A stretch of DNA of 64,000 bases, from NCBI GenBank assembly GCA_937911265.1, contig CALDRG010000023.1, positions 2,959 to 66,958 of the forward strand. The letters run 5' to 3'. Each line of letters begins with the position of its first letter. Position 1 is the stretch's first letter. The notes under the pieces were generated by a model. It saw only the letters and a list, made by a program, of their open reading frames with translations, was not told the origin of the DNA and did no database searches. Origin of the DNA: an uncultured euryarchaeote (GTDB taxonomy: Archaea > Thermoplasmatota > Poseidoniia > Poseidoniales > Thalassarchaeaceae). The translations under genes were made by a program, and so were the position numbers. Positions 48,756-58,018 of the stretch are shown here, one piece after another.

Positions 48756-49571
48756 TCACGAATTTCTTTGCAAAGATAGTTGGCCATCATCGCCTATATT
48801 CAGGTAGTCACCATCCTCGAGTTGGATAATCGAATTGGGCAGATCAGGCATTCTAAAACCCACTTCCACTCCAGTGGCGCTCGCAAAGTTATGAGTCACC
48901 AAGACCAGCGCGTGAGGATGCCTCTGGGCGAATGTAATCGCATCTGATGGAGTGTGGTGATGGGGGCTGTCCACGAAGTCGGGGATCCCCATCTCGAGCA
49001 GCACGACATCGGCATTTGGGGCCCGCTGCTCGATGCCTTCGCAAGGACCCGAGTCTCCGCAGTGGAGGAGCCTGAATCCACTCGAGTGAATGAACTCATA
49101 GCCATGCGGGTCGGTCTCCGGAGTGTGACTCACCGGAAACCTTTCGAAACTCCAGTCCGTTCCTGCCAGTTCACCCGACTCCGACTCCGACCAGTCGACC
49201 CCACTCTCTAGGGCGCCATCGAGACTCCCTGGGAATCCCGTTCCGCACAAGCCACTGAGCAGTTTCCTGCCACCTGGCCTGAGATGAACCCCCAAAGTAT
49301 TCTCAGATTCAGGGTCTGAGATATACTTCCTCTCGAGCAGTATGAATGGGAAGCCGAAGATGTGGTCGGCGTGCCAGTGGGTGATCAAGAGATGCTTGAG
49401 ATTAGCGGGCGAGATATCGACTCTCTGCAGTTGGACCAGCGCCGTCGGTGGCGCGTCTACTAGCACGCTGCCGTCCAGCAGTGCCAGCGCATGCATCCTA
49501 CCAGGGGGCGAGAAGGCATTCCCTGTGCCGAGGAAGTCAATACGCGCCACGAGCCGCGATGAGGGCATCAT
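48756..49571 (-). CDS. MBL-fold metallo-hydrolase
   Basis: THWHADH motif plus downstream His/Asp ligands. 271 aa. Confidence 0.75.
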   Translation of the reverse strand: MMPSSRLVARIDFLGTGNAFSPPGRMHALALLDGSVLVDAPPTALVQLQRVDISPANLKHLLITHWHADHIFGFPFILLERKYISDPESENTLGVHLRPGGRKLLSGLCGTGFPGSLDGALESGVDWSESESGELAGTDWSFERFPVSHTPETDPHGYEFIHSSGFRLLHCGDSGPCEGIEQRAPNADVVLLEMGIPDFVDSPHHHTPSDAITFAQRHPHALVLVTHNFASATGVEVGFRMPDLPNSIIQLEDGDYLNIGDDGQLSLQRNS

Positions 49572-49677
49572 GACTTGACCTCATCGCCTTACCTCTCTCG
49601 GCGCTCGCAGTACCCATTCAGCATTTCTTCATAAACAGGTCGTGTCTCGCGGAGAGCGAGCATTCAGGAGGCTTGAC

Positions 49678-50958
49678 ATGTCGGATTGGAGCGCAAAGAA
49701 TCCATACTCCTCTAATCTGAATGAGAACTTCGTTCTCAATGGCGAGGGATCGCTCAAGGAGACCAGGCACATTGTTTTCAATCTAGGCGACTCCGGTCTG
49801 CAGTACAAGGCCGGCGATGCACTGGGGGTGATTCCACGCTGTCCGCCTGAACTGACCGAGGAGATTCTGGCCACCTGTGGCTTCTCAGGTGAGGAAGAGG
49901 TCGAGACCCATCTAGGGGCTTGCAGTTTGCGCGAGGCGCTCACTGACCGATACGAGATTCACAGGATTTCGAAGAAGTGGATTAAGGAACTCGGATCAAG
50001 ACTGTCGTCCGGATCGGGCAGCATCGAGATCCGAATCGTCCATCGGCAGCGAACCTCGTCACAAGATGGTTCAGTAGTGATGGACTGGAGGGGGAGCGGA
50101 GTCGAGGATGACATTCCAGACGGCTATGTCGAAATCGGCTCAGCCAGCGATCCTGCCGAGGTACTCTGGGCTGAACTGACAGAGGACCCCAAGGCAATGG
50201 AGGACTACATCTGGTCGCGTGACTACATCGACGGTCTCGCAGACTTTGGTCACATCGGTTTCACTCCACAACAGCTCGTCGAGGGCATGGACAGGCTCAA
50301 ACCAAGACTCTACTCTATTGCCAGCAGCCCCGACTTCGAGCCGGGCACAGTCCACCTCACAGTCGCTATCGTCCGTTACAATCACCACGAGCGCGATCGG
50401 GCAGGGCTTTGCACCGGATTCATGGCGGATCACTGCGAGGTCGACGAAACCGAGATTGGCGTATTCATGTCTCCGACCCGGTCGTTCGTCCTGCCCGAGG
50501 ACGGCTCGACAGACGTCATAATGGTAGGTCCGGGAACGGGAATCGCTCCATTCAGGGCCTTCTTGCAGCAGCGTGAGATCGACGGCGCAACTGGGCGCAA
50601 CTGGCTGTTCTTTGGCGACTGGACCGAAGAGGGAGAGTACCTGTATCGTGAAGAGATGGAGGCATGGAGAGATAGCGGATTCATCGATCGCCATGACCTA
50701 GCCTGGTCCCGTGCAGGTTCGGAGAAGGTCTACGTCCAGCACCTGATGAAGCAGAACGGTGAGCAGATTTGGAATTGGATTGACGGCGGCGGGTACTTCT
50801 ACGTCTGCGGTGACAAGAACTACATGGCCAGAGACGTCCACACCACCCTCATCGAAATCTGTTCAGAGTTCGGTGGTTTGTCAGAAGATGAGGCTAAGGA
50901 GTTCGTCGAGACCGGTCTGATGAAGACCGAGAAGCGATATCTCAGAGATGTATACTGA
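49678..50958 (+). CDS. FAD/NADPH-binding ferredoxin-NADP reductase-like oxidoreductase (CysJ C-terminal-like, no flavodoxin domain)
   Basis: RLYSIASSP (FAD), GPGTGIAPFRAF (NADPH), YVCGD C-terminal motif. Start at internal Met. Confidence 0.7.
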   Translation: MSDWSAKNPYSSNLNENFVLNGEGSLKETRHIVFNLGDSGLQYKAGDALGVIPRCPPELTEEILATCGFSGEEEVETHLGACSLREALTDRYEIHRISKKWIKELGSRLSSGSGSIEIRIVHRQRTSSQDGSVVMDWRGSGVEDDIPDGYVEIGSASDPAEVLWAELTEDPKAMEDYIWSRDYIDGLADFGHIGFTPQQLVEGMDRLKPRLYSIASSPDFEPGTVHLTVAIVRYNHHERDRAGLCTGFMADHCEVDETEIGVFMSPTRSFVLPEDGSTDVIMVGPGTGIAPFRAFLQQREIDGATGRNWLFFGDWTEEGEYLYREEMEAWRDSGFIDRHDLAWSRAGSEKVYVQHLMKQNGEQIWNWIDGGGYFYVCGDKNYMARDVHTTLIEICSEFGGLSEDEAKEFVETGLMKTEKRYLRDVY

Positions 50959-51008
50959 CCTCTAATGCTCCGCATTGCTCATACGGCGTACGCTAGGAGC
51001 AGTTCACC

Positions 51009-52352
51009 ATGTTCCGCCGAGTGCTCATCGCCAATCGCGGCGAAATTGCGCTTCGCATACTCCGCTCTCTACGTTCACTGGGTGTCGAAGTCGTAGTCAC
51101 TCATGGGCGCGACGACAGGCTGACACTCCCGGTTCGACTGGCCGATGAGGGTGTGTTCATCGCGCGCGATGATCCACTGGCTTCCTATCTCGACATCGAA
51201 GCTGTCGTCTCCGCTGCCAAGGAGGTCGGTGCAGATGCAGTGCATCCCGGATACGGGTTCTTAGCCGAGAACTCTACTTTAGCTGAGAGGCTGGCCGAGG
51301 AGGGTATAGCCTTCATCGGACCAAGCCCCGAGGTTCTCAGACTTCTTGGAGACAAACTATCCGCCAGAGATGCGATGGTGAGGGCAGGCCTGCCCGTCGC
51401 CCAAGGCTCTGGCAAGCCGATTTCGAACGAGAGGGAAGCTTGGGCCATGGCTGAGGATATCGGCTATCCAGTGATGCTCAAGGCGGCGGCCGGCGGCGGA
51501 GGGATAGGCATGCAGATTGTAGAGTCTGCTGACGACTTCAAAACTGCACTGAGGCTGTGCCAAGGTCGCGCACTGTCGGCTTTCGGGGACGATAGGGTGT
51601 TCGTGGAAAAATACATCGAAGGGGCCCAACACATCGAATTCCAAGTGCTTGGAGATGGTTCCAAGGCTATTCACTTCGGCGAGAGGTTCTGCTCCATTCA
51701 ACGGAGGCATCAGAAAATTATCGAGGAGGGTCCTTGGCTATCTGAAGAAGTACGTGAGGAACTCGGCGCCAAGGTGGTAGCCGGTGCCGAGGCGGTAGGC
51801 TACAAGGGGTTAGCCACCTTCGAGTTCCTGCGAGATGCCGACGGTGAGTTCTACTTCCTCGAGGTGAATCCGAGAGTGCAGGTCGAGCACACGGTCACAG
51901 AGATGATTGCCGGTGTCGACCTAGTTTCTCTTGGCATCAGAGTAGCGGCAGGAGAATCACTCCCTCTCACACAATCCGAGGTCAGTATCTCCGGCCATGC
52001 CATCCAGACTAGGATAAACGCGGAGAACCCGTTCACTCTCGAACCTTCACCCGGACGCATTTGGGAGTGCCACTGGCCAGGCGGTCCGGGCGTGCGCGTA
52101 GATACGCATGCGCACACGGGGTATGACATGCCACCCTCTTTCGACTCCTTGTTGGCCAAGGTGATTGTATGGGCGCCCACCCGCAGCGAAGCCATAGCCA
52201 AGATGGATTCGGCCTTGAAAGAGACACTAATCATTGGAGTTGACACCCTGATACCACTTCACCGCGCAATCCTCAATGAGACAGATTTCCGAAATAGAGA
52301 AATCACAATCAGTTACCTCGACGAGCACCCAGGACTGCTGGATGGAGCGTGA
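51009..52352 (+). CDS. accC: biotin carboxylase (acetyl/propionyl-CoA or pyruvate carboxylase subunit)
   Basis: MFRRVLIANRGEIALRILRSLRSLG, ATP-grasp motifs, C-terminal biotin carboxylase domain. Confidence 0.85.
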   Translation: MFRRVLIANRGEIALRILRSLRSLGVEVVVTHGRDDRLTLPVRLADEGVFIARDDPLASYLDIEAVVSAAKEVGADAVHPGYGFLAENSTLAERLAEEGIAFIGPSPEVLRLLGDKLSARDAMVRAGLPVAQGSGKPISNEREAWAMAEDIGYPVMLKAAAGGGGIGMQIVESADDFKTALRLCQGRALSAFGDDRVFVEKYIEGAQHIEFQVLGDGSKAIHFGERFCSIQRRHQKIIEEGPWLSEEVREELGAKVVAGAEAVGYKGLATFEFLRDADGEFYFLEVNPRVQVEHTVTEMIAGVDLVSLGIRVAAGESLPLTQSEVSISGHAIQTRINAENPFTLEPSPGRIWECHWPGGPGVRVDTHAHTGYDMPPSFDSLLAKVIVWAPTRSEAIAKMDSALKETLIIGVDTLIPLHRAILNETDFRNREITISYLDEHPGLLDGA

Positions 52353-53319
52353 TTACGTGGAGATGGTGATTGTAGGAAGCATCGGTTTCGATGACATCGA
52401 CACCCCCGAGGCGAGCGGCTCTGATCTTCTCGGAGGTGCCGCCACCCACGCCGGTCTAGCTTCGGGATTCCACCTGCCTCCGACGCCGCGCAAGCCACCA
52501 AGAATCGGACTGGTCAGCGCGGTCGGCACTGACTTCCCAGAGGAAGCTCAAGAGATACTCGAGGACTCAGGACTAAACCTCGCAGGTGTGGTTCGAAGAG
52601 ATGGACGCACGTTCCGTTGGGCGGGACGTTACGAGGGTTCCATGGAAGAGGTGCAGACCATATCGACAGAGGTCAACGTGCTCGAGGATTTTAGGCCCGA
52701 GGTCCCGCCGTCGTGGCGCACCCCCGGGGTTCTGCTCTGTGCCAACACGCACCCGCGCACTCAGGTTTCGGTACTCGATCAGTGTCCGGGTGCGGTGGTA
52801 ACCGCCTTAGATACGTTCATGCTTTGGATAGACACAGAGTTTGAGTTGCTGTCGGAAGCCCTGCGCAAGGTGGACATGGCCATCCTCAACGAAGAGGAGG
52901 TGTGCTCTCTAGCCGATGAGGAGGTGCTTCACCGCGCAGTCGAGGCGATTCGCTCGGGCGCGGCGCTGTATGGAGGGCAGGAGGCCGGCCCCGGGCCCCG
53001 GAGCATGGTCATCAAGCGCGGTGGCAGTGGCTCAGTATCCTACCTGCCCTGCGGCACTATCACCCTGCCTGCCTTTCCAACTGACGACCTAGTCGACCCT
53101 ACAGGTGCCGGTGACTCGTTTGCCGGGGCCCTGCTAGCCAACATAGTCGGCAGGAAGGGCGCCTTGAACCAGACAGAGACCATGCGTAACGCGCTAGTAC
53201 ACGCGACAGTGACTGCGTCTTTCGCCATAGAGGGACTCGGAGCCTCCGCCCTGTACGGTCTCGAGAGAGGAAGGTACCACGCGAGGGTGGACAAATACCG
53301 GAGAATGGTCGGCCTGTAA
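52342..53319 (+). CDS. PfkB-family carbohydrate/nucleoside kinase
   Basis: VIVGSIGFDD N-terminal GG region and DPTGAGDSFAG anion-hole motif. The start overlaps the accC stop by ~11 nt. Confidence 0.6.
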   Translation: MERDYVEMVIVGSIGFDDIDTPEASGSDLLGGAATHAGLASGFHLPPTPRKPPRIGLVSAVGTDFPEEAQEILEDSGLNLAGVVRRDGRTFRWAGRYEGSMEEVQTISTEVNVLEDFRPEVPPSWRTPGVLLCANTHPRTQVSVLDQCPGAVVTALDTFMLWIDTEFELLSEALRKVDMAILNEEEVCSLADEEVLHRAVEAIRSGAALYGGQEAGPGPRSMVIKRGGSGSVSYLPCGTITLPAFPTDDLVDPTGAGDSFAGALLANIVGRKGALNQTETMRNALVHATVTASFAIEGLGASALYGLERGRYHARVDKYRRMVGL

Positions 53320-55008
53320 TCACTCGAGCCGCTTGATTCCAGGAAGCGGGTGCGGGTCACCCTTGGATGATGTTCTCCTGAGTTGCGAGAACCTGAGTCC
53401 ACCTTCCTGATCAGGAAGTTGAGTGGGCCTGCTCTCCCCTCCGCTCGATACTCTGGTCACGAGATGGTCCAATGCGTCCTGTGCTGAATGAGGGCGAGGT
53501 GCCTGCGACTCCCTCGCTCTACCAGCCACATCCGCCTGGTGATCTTGGTCACTGCGAAGACGGATGTGCTGTGAGGATCGGAACCTAGCTCCCGACTGTA
53601 CTTCCCCTCCATCTCCATCTCCGTACTCAGAAGCGTAAGAGTCGATGGTTCTGCCAGCCGCCCGAGCCGCCGGACCTAGTAGGGCACCAATCCAACTGGT
53701 CCTTCTAAGGGATGCCTTCCTCCTACTTGTCCTGACTCTGCCAGAACTCATCGAGTTGGCGATTCTGGATAGCCCCGGGAATTCCTCGAGTCTCGAGGCA
53801 TCGAGCGCAGGCTGGGACATCTCGCCGCTAGTCAGCAGCGCCTGCTTGGCCCGTGCCTGCTTGACGACACCGGGCCGGCATTCCTCCCGTATCGCTGCTT
53901 CAGTGGGGGCTGGCAGGCCCGGCTCGGCGTAGGGGCCTGAGGTCCCGAACCTATCTTGAGCCCGCCTAATCAACTGCGAACTGGTCGGATCACGTTTGAA
54001 AGCAGGAGGGTCTGCAGCGTTGATGTAGGTCTCAGAAGGAGCGTAGCTTGCCGCAGGTGTGGCGAACTCAGAGGGAGGAGGGGTCGTGGGCGGCGAGTAA
54101 CTGGTCGCAGGTTCAGCATCGAACATGCCACCCTCGCCGAACATGCCCATTCCGGTAGCAGCCTCATCCAGCGCCGAGTCTATCCTGCTGCCAGCCGGCT
54201 TCTCTTCGTACCACGATGGAGATTCATTCTTCCCCCAAGCCCTCTCATAAGCTGAGCGAGCATCCTCCTGAGGGGAGGGGGCCGGCTCGTAACTTGGGAA
54301 CGATTCTGTAGGCATCTTGTTTTCCCACGGGAAGATCGACCCAGCCTCAGCCACCGCAGGTGCTGGGGGAGTAGGTGACAGTGGGGCGGCGAAGCCGTCG
54401 AACAACGACTCTCTCACCGACTCTGACTCAGCACCGAGCAGCAACTCTTCCTCAGGTGCGGCCAGCAGGCCCTTTGGTTCTGACAGCCCGCCTCCGGCGT
54501 CTCTGAAAGCGGGGTAGTTCGACAGTTCCGCATCGATGTGCTCAAGCCCCCTGCGGGCTTCATCTATCGAATTGCCGTGGCGGACTCTATCGACCATCAG
54601 ACACAGTCTGAGCAGTATTCCTTCGCTGCCAGATATGATATGTCGGTCCCCTGCTTCTGTCTCGATGGCAAGGACCGAGGTCCTAGATAGCACGTATCCT
54701 AGTAGTGTCAGAGATCCTCCCACCGTCGCCACCATGGCGTAAGGCGGCATCAGGACGCTCATGCCGAGATAGATTGCCAACAGCCCAATGGGAATGGTGC
54801 CCGAGGGAAACATTGGGACTTTCATGTGTCGCATTCTTGAGATCGAACCTAGAGATAGTCGGATGCCATGTCCGTCAAATCTCTCCAGCGTCAGCTGACG
54901 CTTGGTGAGGACCGCTACGAACCTACCTCCAGACCCGACCAGACTCAGATTGCCGAACAGTTCCGACTTCTCCTCATCTCGGTCGGGCGTTAGCCCGACT
55001 GAATACAT
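53320..55008 (-). CDS. membrane protein with N-terminal bacterial-PH-like region, 2 TM helices and a long Pro/Ala/Ser-rich disordered tail
   Basis: TM segments IPIGLLAIYLGMSVLM, AMVATVGGSLTLLGYVL. C-terminal ~380 aa are low complexity (P/A/S/E). Confidence 0.4.
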   Translation of the reverse strand: MYSVGLTPDRDEEKSELFGNLSLVGSGGRFVAVLTKRQLTLERFDGHGIRLSLGSISRMRHMKVPMFPSGTIPIGLLAIYLGMSVLMPPYAMVATVGGSLTLLGYVLSRTSVLAIETEAGDRHIISGSEGILLRLCLMVDRVRHGNSIDEARRGLEHIDAELSNYPAFRDAGGGLSEPKGLLAAPEEELLLGAESESVRESLFDGFAAPLSPTPPAPAVAEAGSIFPWENKMPTESFPSYEPAPSPQEDARSAYERAWGKNESPSWYEEKPAGSRIDSALDEAATGMGMFGEGGMFDAEPATSYSPPTTPPPSEFATPAASYAPSETYINAADPPAFKRDPTSSQLIRRAQDRFGTSGPYAEPGLPAPTEAAIREECRPGVVKQARAKQALLTSGEMSQPALDASRLEEFPGLSRIANSMSSGRVRTSRRKASLRRTSWIGALLGPAARAAGRTIDSYASEYGDGDGGEVQSGARFRSSQHIRLRSDQDHQADVAGRARESQAPRPHSAQDALDHLVTRVSSGGESRPTQLPDQEGGLRFSQLRRTSSKGDPHPLPGIKRLE

Positions 55009-55090
55009 CCCAATGCGTCAGCAACTCCGATTGGCTATAACTGCTCGGGGTGCTAAGTACTCGCGCGCGCCCCTTACGCGCACGAGAGAC

Positions 55091-56077
55091 TCATGCCAAG
55101 GTCATTTCTGAGGCTATGCCCATGATGCGCATCGGCACAGCATCGAGATGAACTATCAAAATGGGCTCAGTACCACGTTTTCTCAGTAAAAGAGGAGACT
55201 CCCAGTCAATCAATACAGAGTCTTCCTTGATCTCTCTGACTCTTCCGACATTGAACTGTAGGTCGACGGCAGCGTGGACTACATCGTCCAGTGATAATCC
55301 TCGCTTCTGAAACGGGGCCTTGATTAATCTGAAACGGGACGATTCATGACTTTCGAGGGCATCCGAATTTTGGTGTACTATCATGCAGCCCTTGTGTAGT
55401 GACTCTTCCTTGAGATTCCGCAATGCTAGGCCGACCCTGTCACCGGTAACCGCAGTGTCCACATCATCGTCCATAACTTGTAGACTTCTGACTATGCCGA
55501 AATCTCCTGCGGGATGAGATTCGATAGCATCGTGCTTGTTGATTGAACCGGACTGTACGTATCCAATGCCCACCAGCCCTATTCCTCGAACGACGAAGTG
55601 CTGATCGATAGGAATCACCAGTGCCTCTGAAACCGAGTTTTTCTCAACGCTCAAGAATTTGAGTAGAATCTCTCTGAGATCGTGAGAATCAGGAGTCCCT
55701 TCCAAAACGGCCCAGGGCAAACCCGCTTGAGACAAAATCACCCTGACCTGATCTGGATCCACCCAACCACCATCTTTTGGGTTGATGACTACTATCCCAT
55801 CTGTGATGCCTGCGCATCCGAAGGATACCAAGACCTCTCCAAGAGCAGCATCCACTTTAGTAATCTCGACTAATCCCGCCTTAGCGACATTCAACACCGA
55901 TAACAACGGACGGATACTATCGGGGAACTTGAGGGGACGGAGCAATGAGATAATGCGAGTTTCACCACCAGACATCTCCTTGTACACATACGACTCGATA
56001 TCGCGAACATCTCCAAGCTTAGCGATGCTTCGAGCCAATTCTTCCGAACCTACGTATCCAACGTTGAGGACAGGCAT
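55091..56077 (-). CDS. EF-Tu/SelB-like protein with degenerate GTP-binding motifs (pseudo-GTPase)
   Basis: Start at MPVLNVGYVGSEEL (G1 Lys replaced by Glu). G4-like TKVD retained. EF-Tu domain-2 beta-barrel region VVRGIGLVGIGYVQSGSI...VTGDRVGLAL. Confidence 0.4.
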   Translation of the reverse strand: MPVLNVGYVGSEELARSIAKLGDVRDIESYVYKEMSGGETRIISLLRPLKFPDSIRPLLSVLNVAKAGLVEITKVDAALGEVLVSFGCAGITDGIVVINPKDGGWVDPDQVRVILSQAGLPWAVLEGTPDSHDLREILLKFLSVEKNSVSEALVIPIDQHFVVRGIGLVGIGYVQSGSINKHDAIESHPAGDFGIVRSLQVMDDDVDTAVTGDRVGLALRNLKEESLHKGCMIVHQNSDALESHESSRFRLIKAPFQKRGLSLDDVVHAAVDLQFNVGRVREIKEDSVLIDWESPLLLRKRGTEPILIVHLDAVPMRIMGIASEMTLA

Positions 56078-56123
56078 GCGCCCGCGAATGGTCTGAACTT
56101 GTTGAACCGAACGGTCGCGAACA

Positions 56124-56600
56124 TCATCCCATGGCGTCGCGGGCGGCTTGAGCCCTAGTCCAGAGCTCTTTCTCCTCATTGGTCACAGGTGAGAACTGGG
56201 GAACTCCGGTCGGCTGCATATCTGAGTCGACCGCCACCATGAAGAAGAAGCCCGAGCAGATCTCCTCTCCCTCCCACTCCGAGCGTGACAGCCTGCACGA
56301 TACCACGTGAACCCCAGTGGTGTGAGGAGAGGTCCAAACCACTCTGGAGGTTGTGCGGATGATGTCCCCTTGGTAAGCCGGTCTGTGGAACTTGAGGGAG
56401 TCGACGGAGACGGTTACGAACTCACTGTGTGCGAACTTGCTTGAGACCATCCCGGCTGCGGTGTCCATGATTGACATCAAACGCCCTCCATATAGCGTAT
56501 CCATCGAGTTGGTGTGCTCTGGGAAGACCTCATTCAGCAGCACGACGGGCTCAAGAGAGTGGGGTTCAGACATCTTTCTCATCCGCTCTTGAGAGCCCAC
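56124..56600 (-). CDS. acyl-CoA thioesterase (hotdog fold, YciA/BFIT-like)
   Basis: MDTLYGGRLMSIMDTAAGMV...VTVSVDSLKFHRPAYQGD. Confidence 0.7.
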   Translation of the reverse strand: MGSQERMRKMSEPHSLEPVVLLNEVFPEHTNSMDTLYGGRLMSIMDTAAGMVSSKFAHSEFVTVSVDSLKFHRPAYQGDIIRTTSRVVWTSPHTTGVHVVSCRLSRSEWEGEEICSGFFFMVAVDSDMQPTGVPQFSPVTNEEKELWTRAQAARDAMG

Positions 56601-56779
56601 CCCCCTTCAATCCTACATTTCAGCAATCTTCTCCGAATCGGTTCTTCGACCGTTGTCTTCAATCGAGGGAGGCTGCTCGCAGAGCCGTGGAAGTGCCCCA
56701 GCTACGTTGGAATCCAACCGTCCTAGACGATCCAGACGGCGGACGCATAGTTCTGTGGCCGCACCTGCCGTGCGTCCGC

Positions 56780-57487
56780 ATGCCGTCTTCACTGAGGTAC
56801 AGGGACAGGTGGGACGGGCTCGCGCTTTTGTTCAGTCTGAGCGATCTCAGTGGATGGCGGCAGGACGAGGAGCAGGACAGAGAGAGTCCTGGCGTACACA
56901 TCGAGGCGGCCATCACCTCAGGCACTGTGCTTGGCCGGTTGATGAAAGACCTGCAAGAATACGAGGTTGACGGACCGAAGATTCCCGACCCGGAACAGGC
57001 CCGACTGCTACTGCACGCCGACAATGCGAGAGGTGGGATGCCAATCTACGCAATCGAGCCGGAACTGGATGATGCCGATTGGGTAAATTGGTTCGAAAGG
57101 AGCGCTGACGAGCAGTCACGGGTGACCAACCTTCTCTCAACTCTGACCACTCCGCGACGCTGGCGCAAGACTCGTTCTGCGGCTGTAGCGATGGTCGAGA
57201 TGTCGAAGGGTGTAAACTCGGATATGGGCGCAGCAGCAGCATCTTGTGCGACTTGGTGGATTGAAGAGCAGGGAGCACTGACCGCTGAACTGATATCCGA
57301 GCGCAACAGCCGCTTTGCGGCTCGTTTGCGCGGCGCCCTCGCAGATTTGAGGGACAGCAGGGTTGATGATGCGAAGGCATCTGACTACACCTTACTGGTA
57401 CCGGTTCACCAAGCCTGGCTGCCCTCCTTGGAGGCAGCAGTCAGAGCATGGCCGGACGCAGAACCGGTTAGCAAGGAGGAGCGATGA
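56780..57487 (+). CDS. hypothetical protein (weak TraB/GumN-like C-terminal ER..FA motif); start uncertain
   Basis: The long ORF 56471..57487 overlaps the thioesterase gene on the opposite strand. Only the 3' two-thirds are likely coding. Stop overlaps the next gene's ATG (ATGA). Confidence 0.3.
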   Translation: MPSSLRYRDRWDGLALLFSLSDLSGWRQDEEQDRESPGVHIEAAITSGTVLGRLMKDLQEYEVDGPKIPDPEQARLLLHADNARGGMPIYAIEPELDDADWVNWFERSADEQSRVTNLLSTLTTPRRWRKTRSAAVAMVEMSKGVNSDMGAAAASCATWWIEEQGALTAELISERNSRFAARLRGALADLRDSRVDDAKASDYTLLVPVHQAWLPSLEAAVRAWPDAEPVSKEER

Positions 57488-58014
57488 TGGAGGAAGGGAG
57501 GATAGTAGTCGGCATTGAGACCCAGACTTTCAGGTTCACGCCTTCCTCTCCGATTAATCATCACGATGCAGTGTCCCTAGCTGGTGGAACGGTGAGCGGA
57601 TCCTATGTCGTGGTCAGTCACGAGCAGCCTCGTGCCACCTTCGTCATCGAGCCCGGCGGCTCTGTACTTGTGCATGGAATCGCAAGGGCCGAAGTCGCAA
57701 GGATCGCAATGCAGGAGCTATTGCTGACCCTTGGAATGTCGGAGGAGAATCTGACAATGGAGATGGGAGGGATGCTAATCAGATTCTCAATCGGTAGGGC
57801 GGTGATGTTGAATCTCGCCACAGATAGATTCGCTGATATCGAGTTCGACGACAGACTAGGTGCTCTGAGAATCAACGCCGCTTTGCACAACGCACAGATC
57901 CTGATGTTCAACAACGGCCATGGCGTAGTACTGGGTCAGTCCTCGAAGAAGATCGCCGAGATGGCCGTGCGCCACTGGGCCGGCCTTCTCGATGAAGAGG
58001 GAGCCCTAGCGTGA
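57484..58014 (+). CDS. divergent TATA-binding-protein-fold paralog (two TBP-like repeats)
   Basis: Both halves follow the TBP repeat pattern (ATFVIEPGGSVLVHGIARAEVARIA; AQILMFNNGHGVVLGQSSKKIAEMAV). 176 aa. Confidence 0.45.
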   Translation: MMEEGRIVVGIETQTFRFTPSSPINHHDAVSLAGGTVSGSYVVVSHEQPRATFVIEPGGSVLVHGIARAEVARIAMQELLLTLGMSEENLTMEMGGMLIRFSIGRAVMLNLATDRFADIEFDDRLGALRINAALHNAQILMFNNGHGVVLGQSSKKIAEMAVRHWAGLLDEEGALA

Positions 58015-58018
58015 GACC

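Noticed and set aside
52276-52341. Upstream extension of the PfkB kinase ORF overlapping accC by ~75 nt
   Set aside because: The extension (MRQISEIEKSQSVTSTSTQDCW) lies within the accC coding 3' end. A start at the internal Met is more plausible.
56471-56779. 5' part of ORF 56471..57487 overlapping the thioesterase gene on the opposite strand
   Set aside because: Probably an open antisense frame produced by high GC. The coding start was moved downstream, with low confidence.
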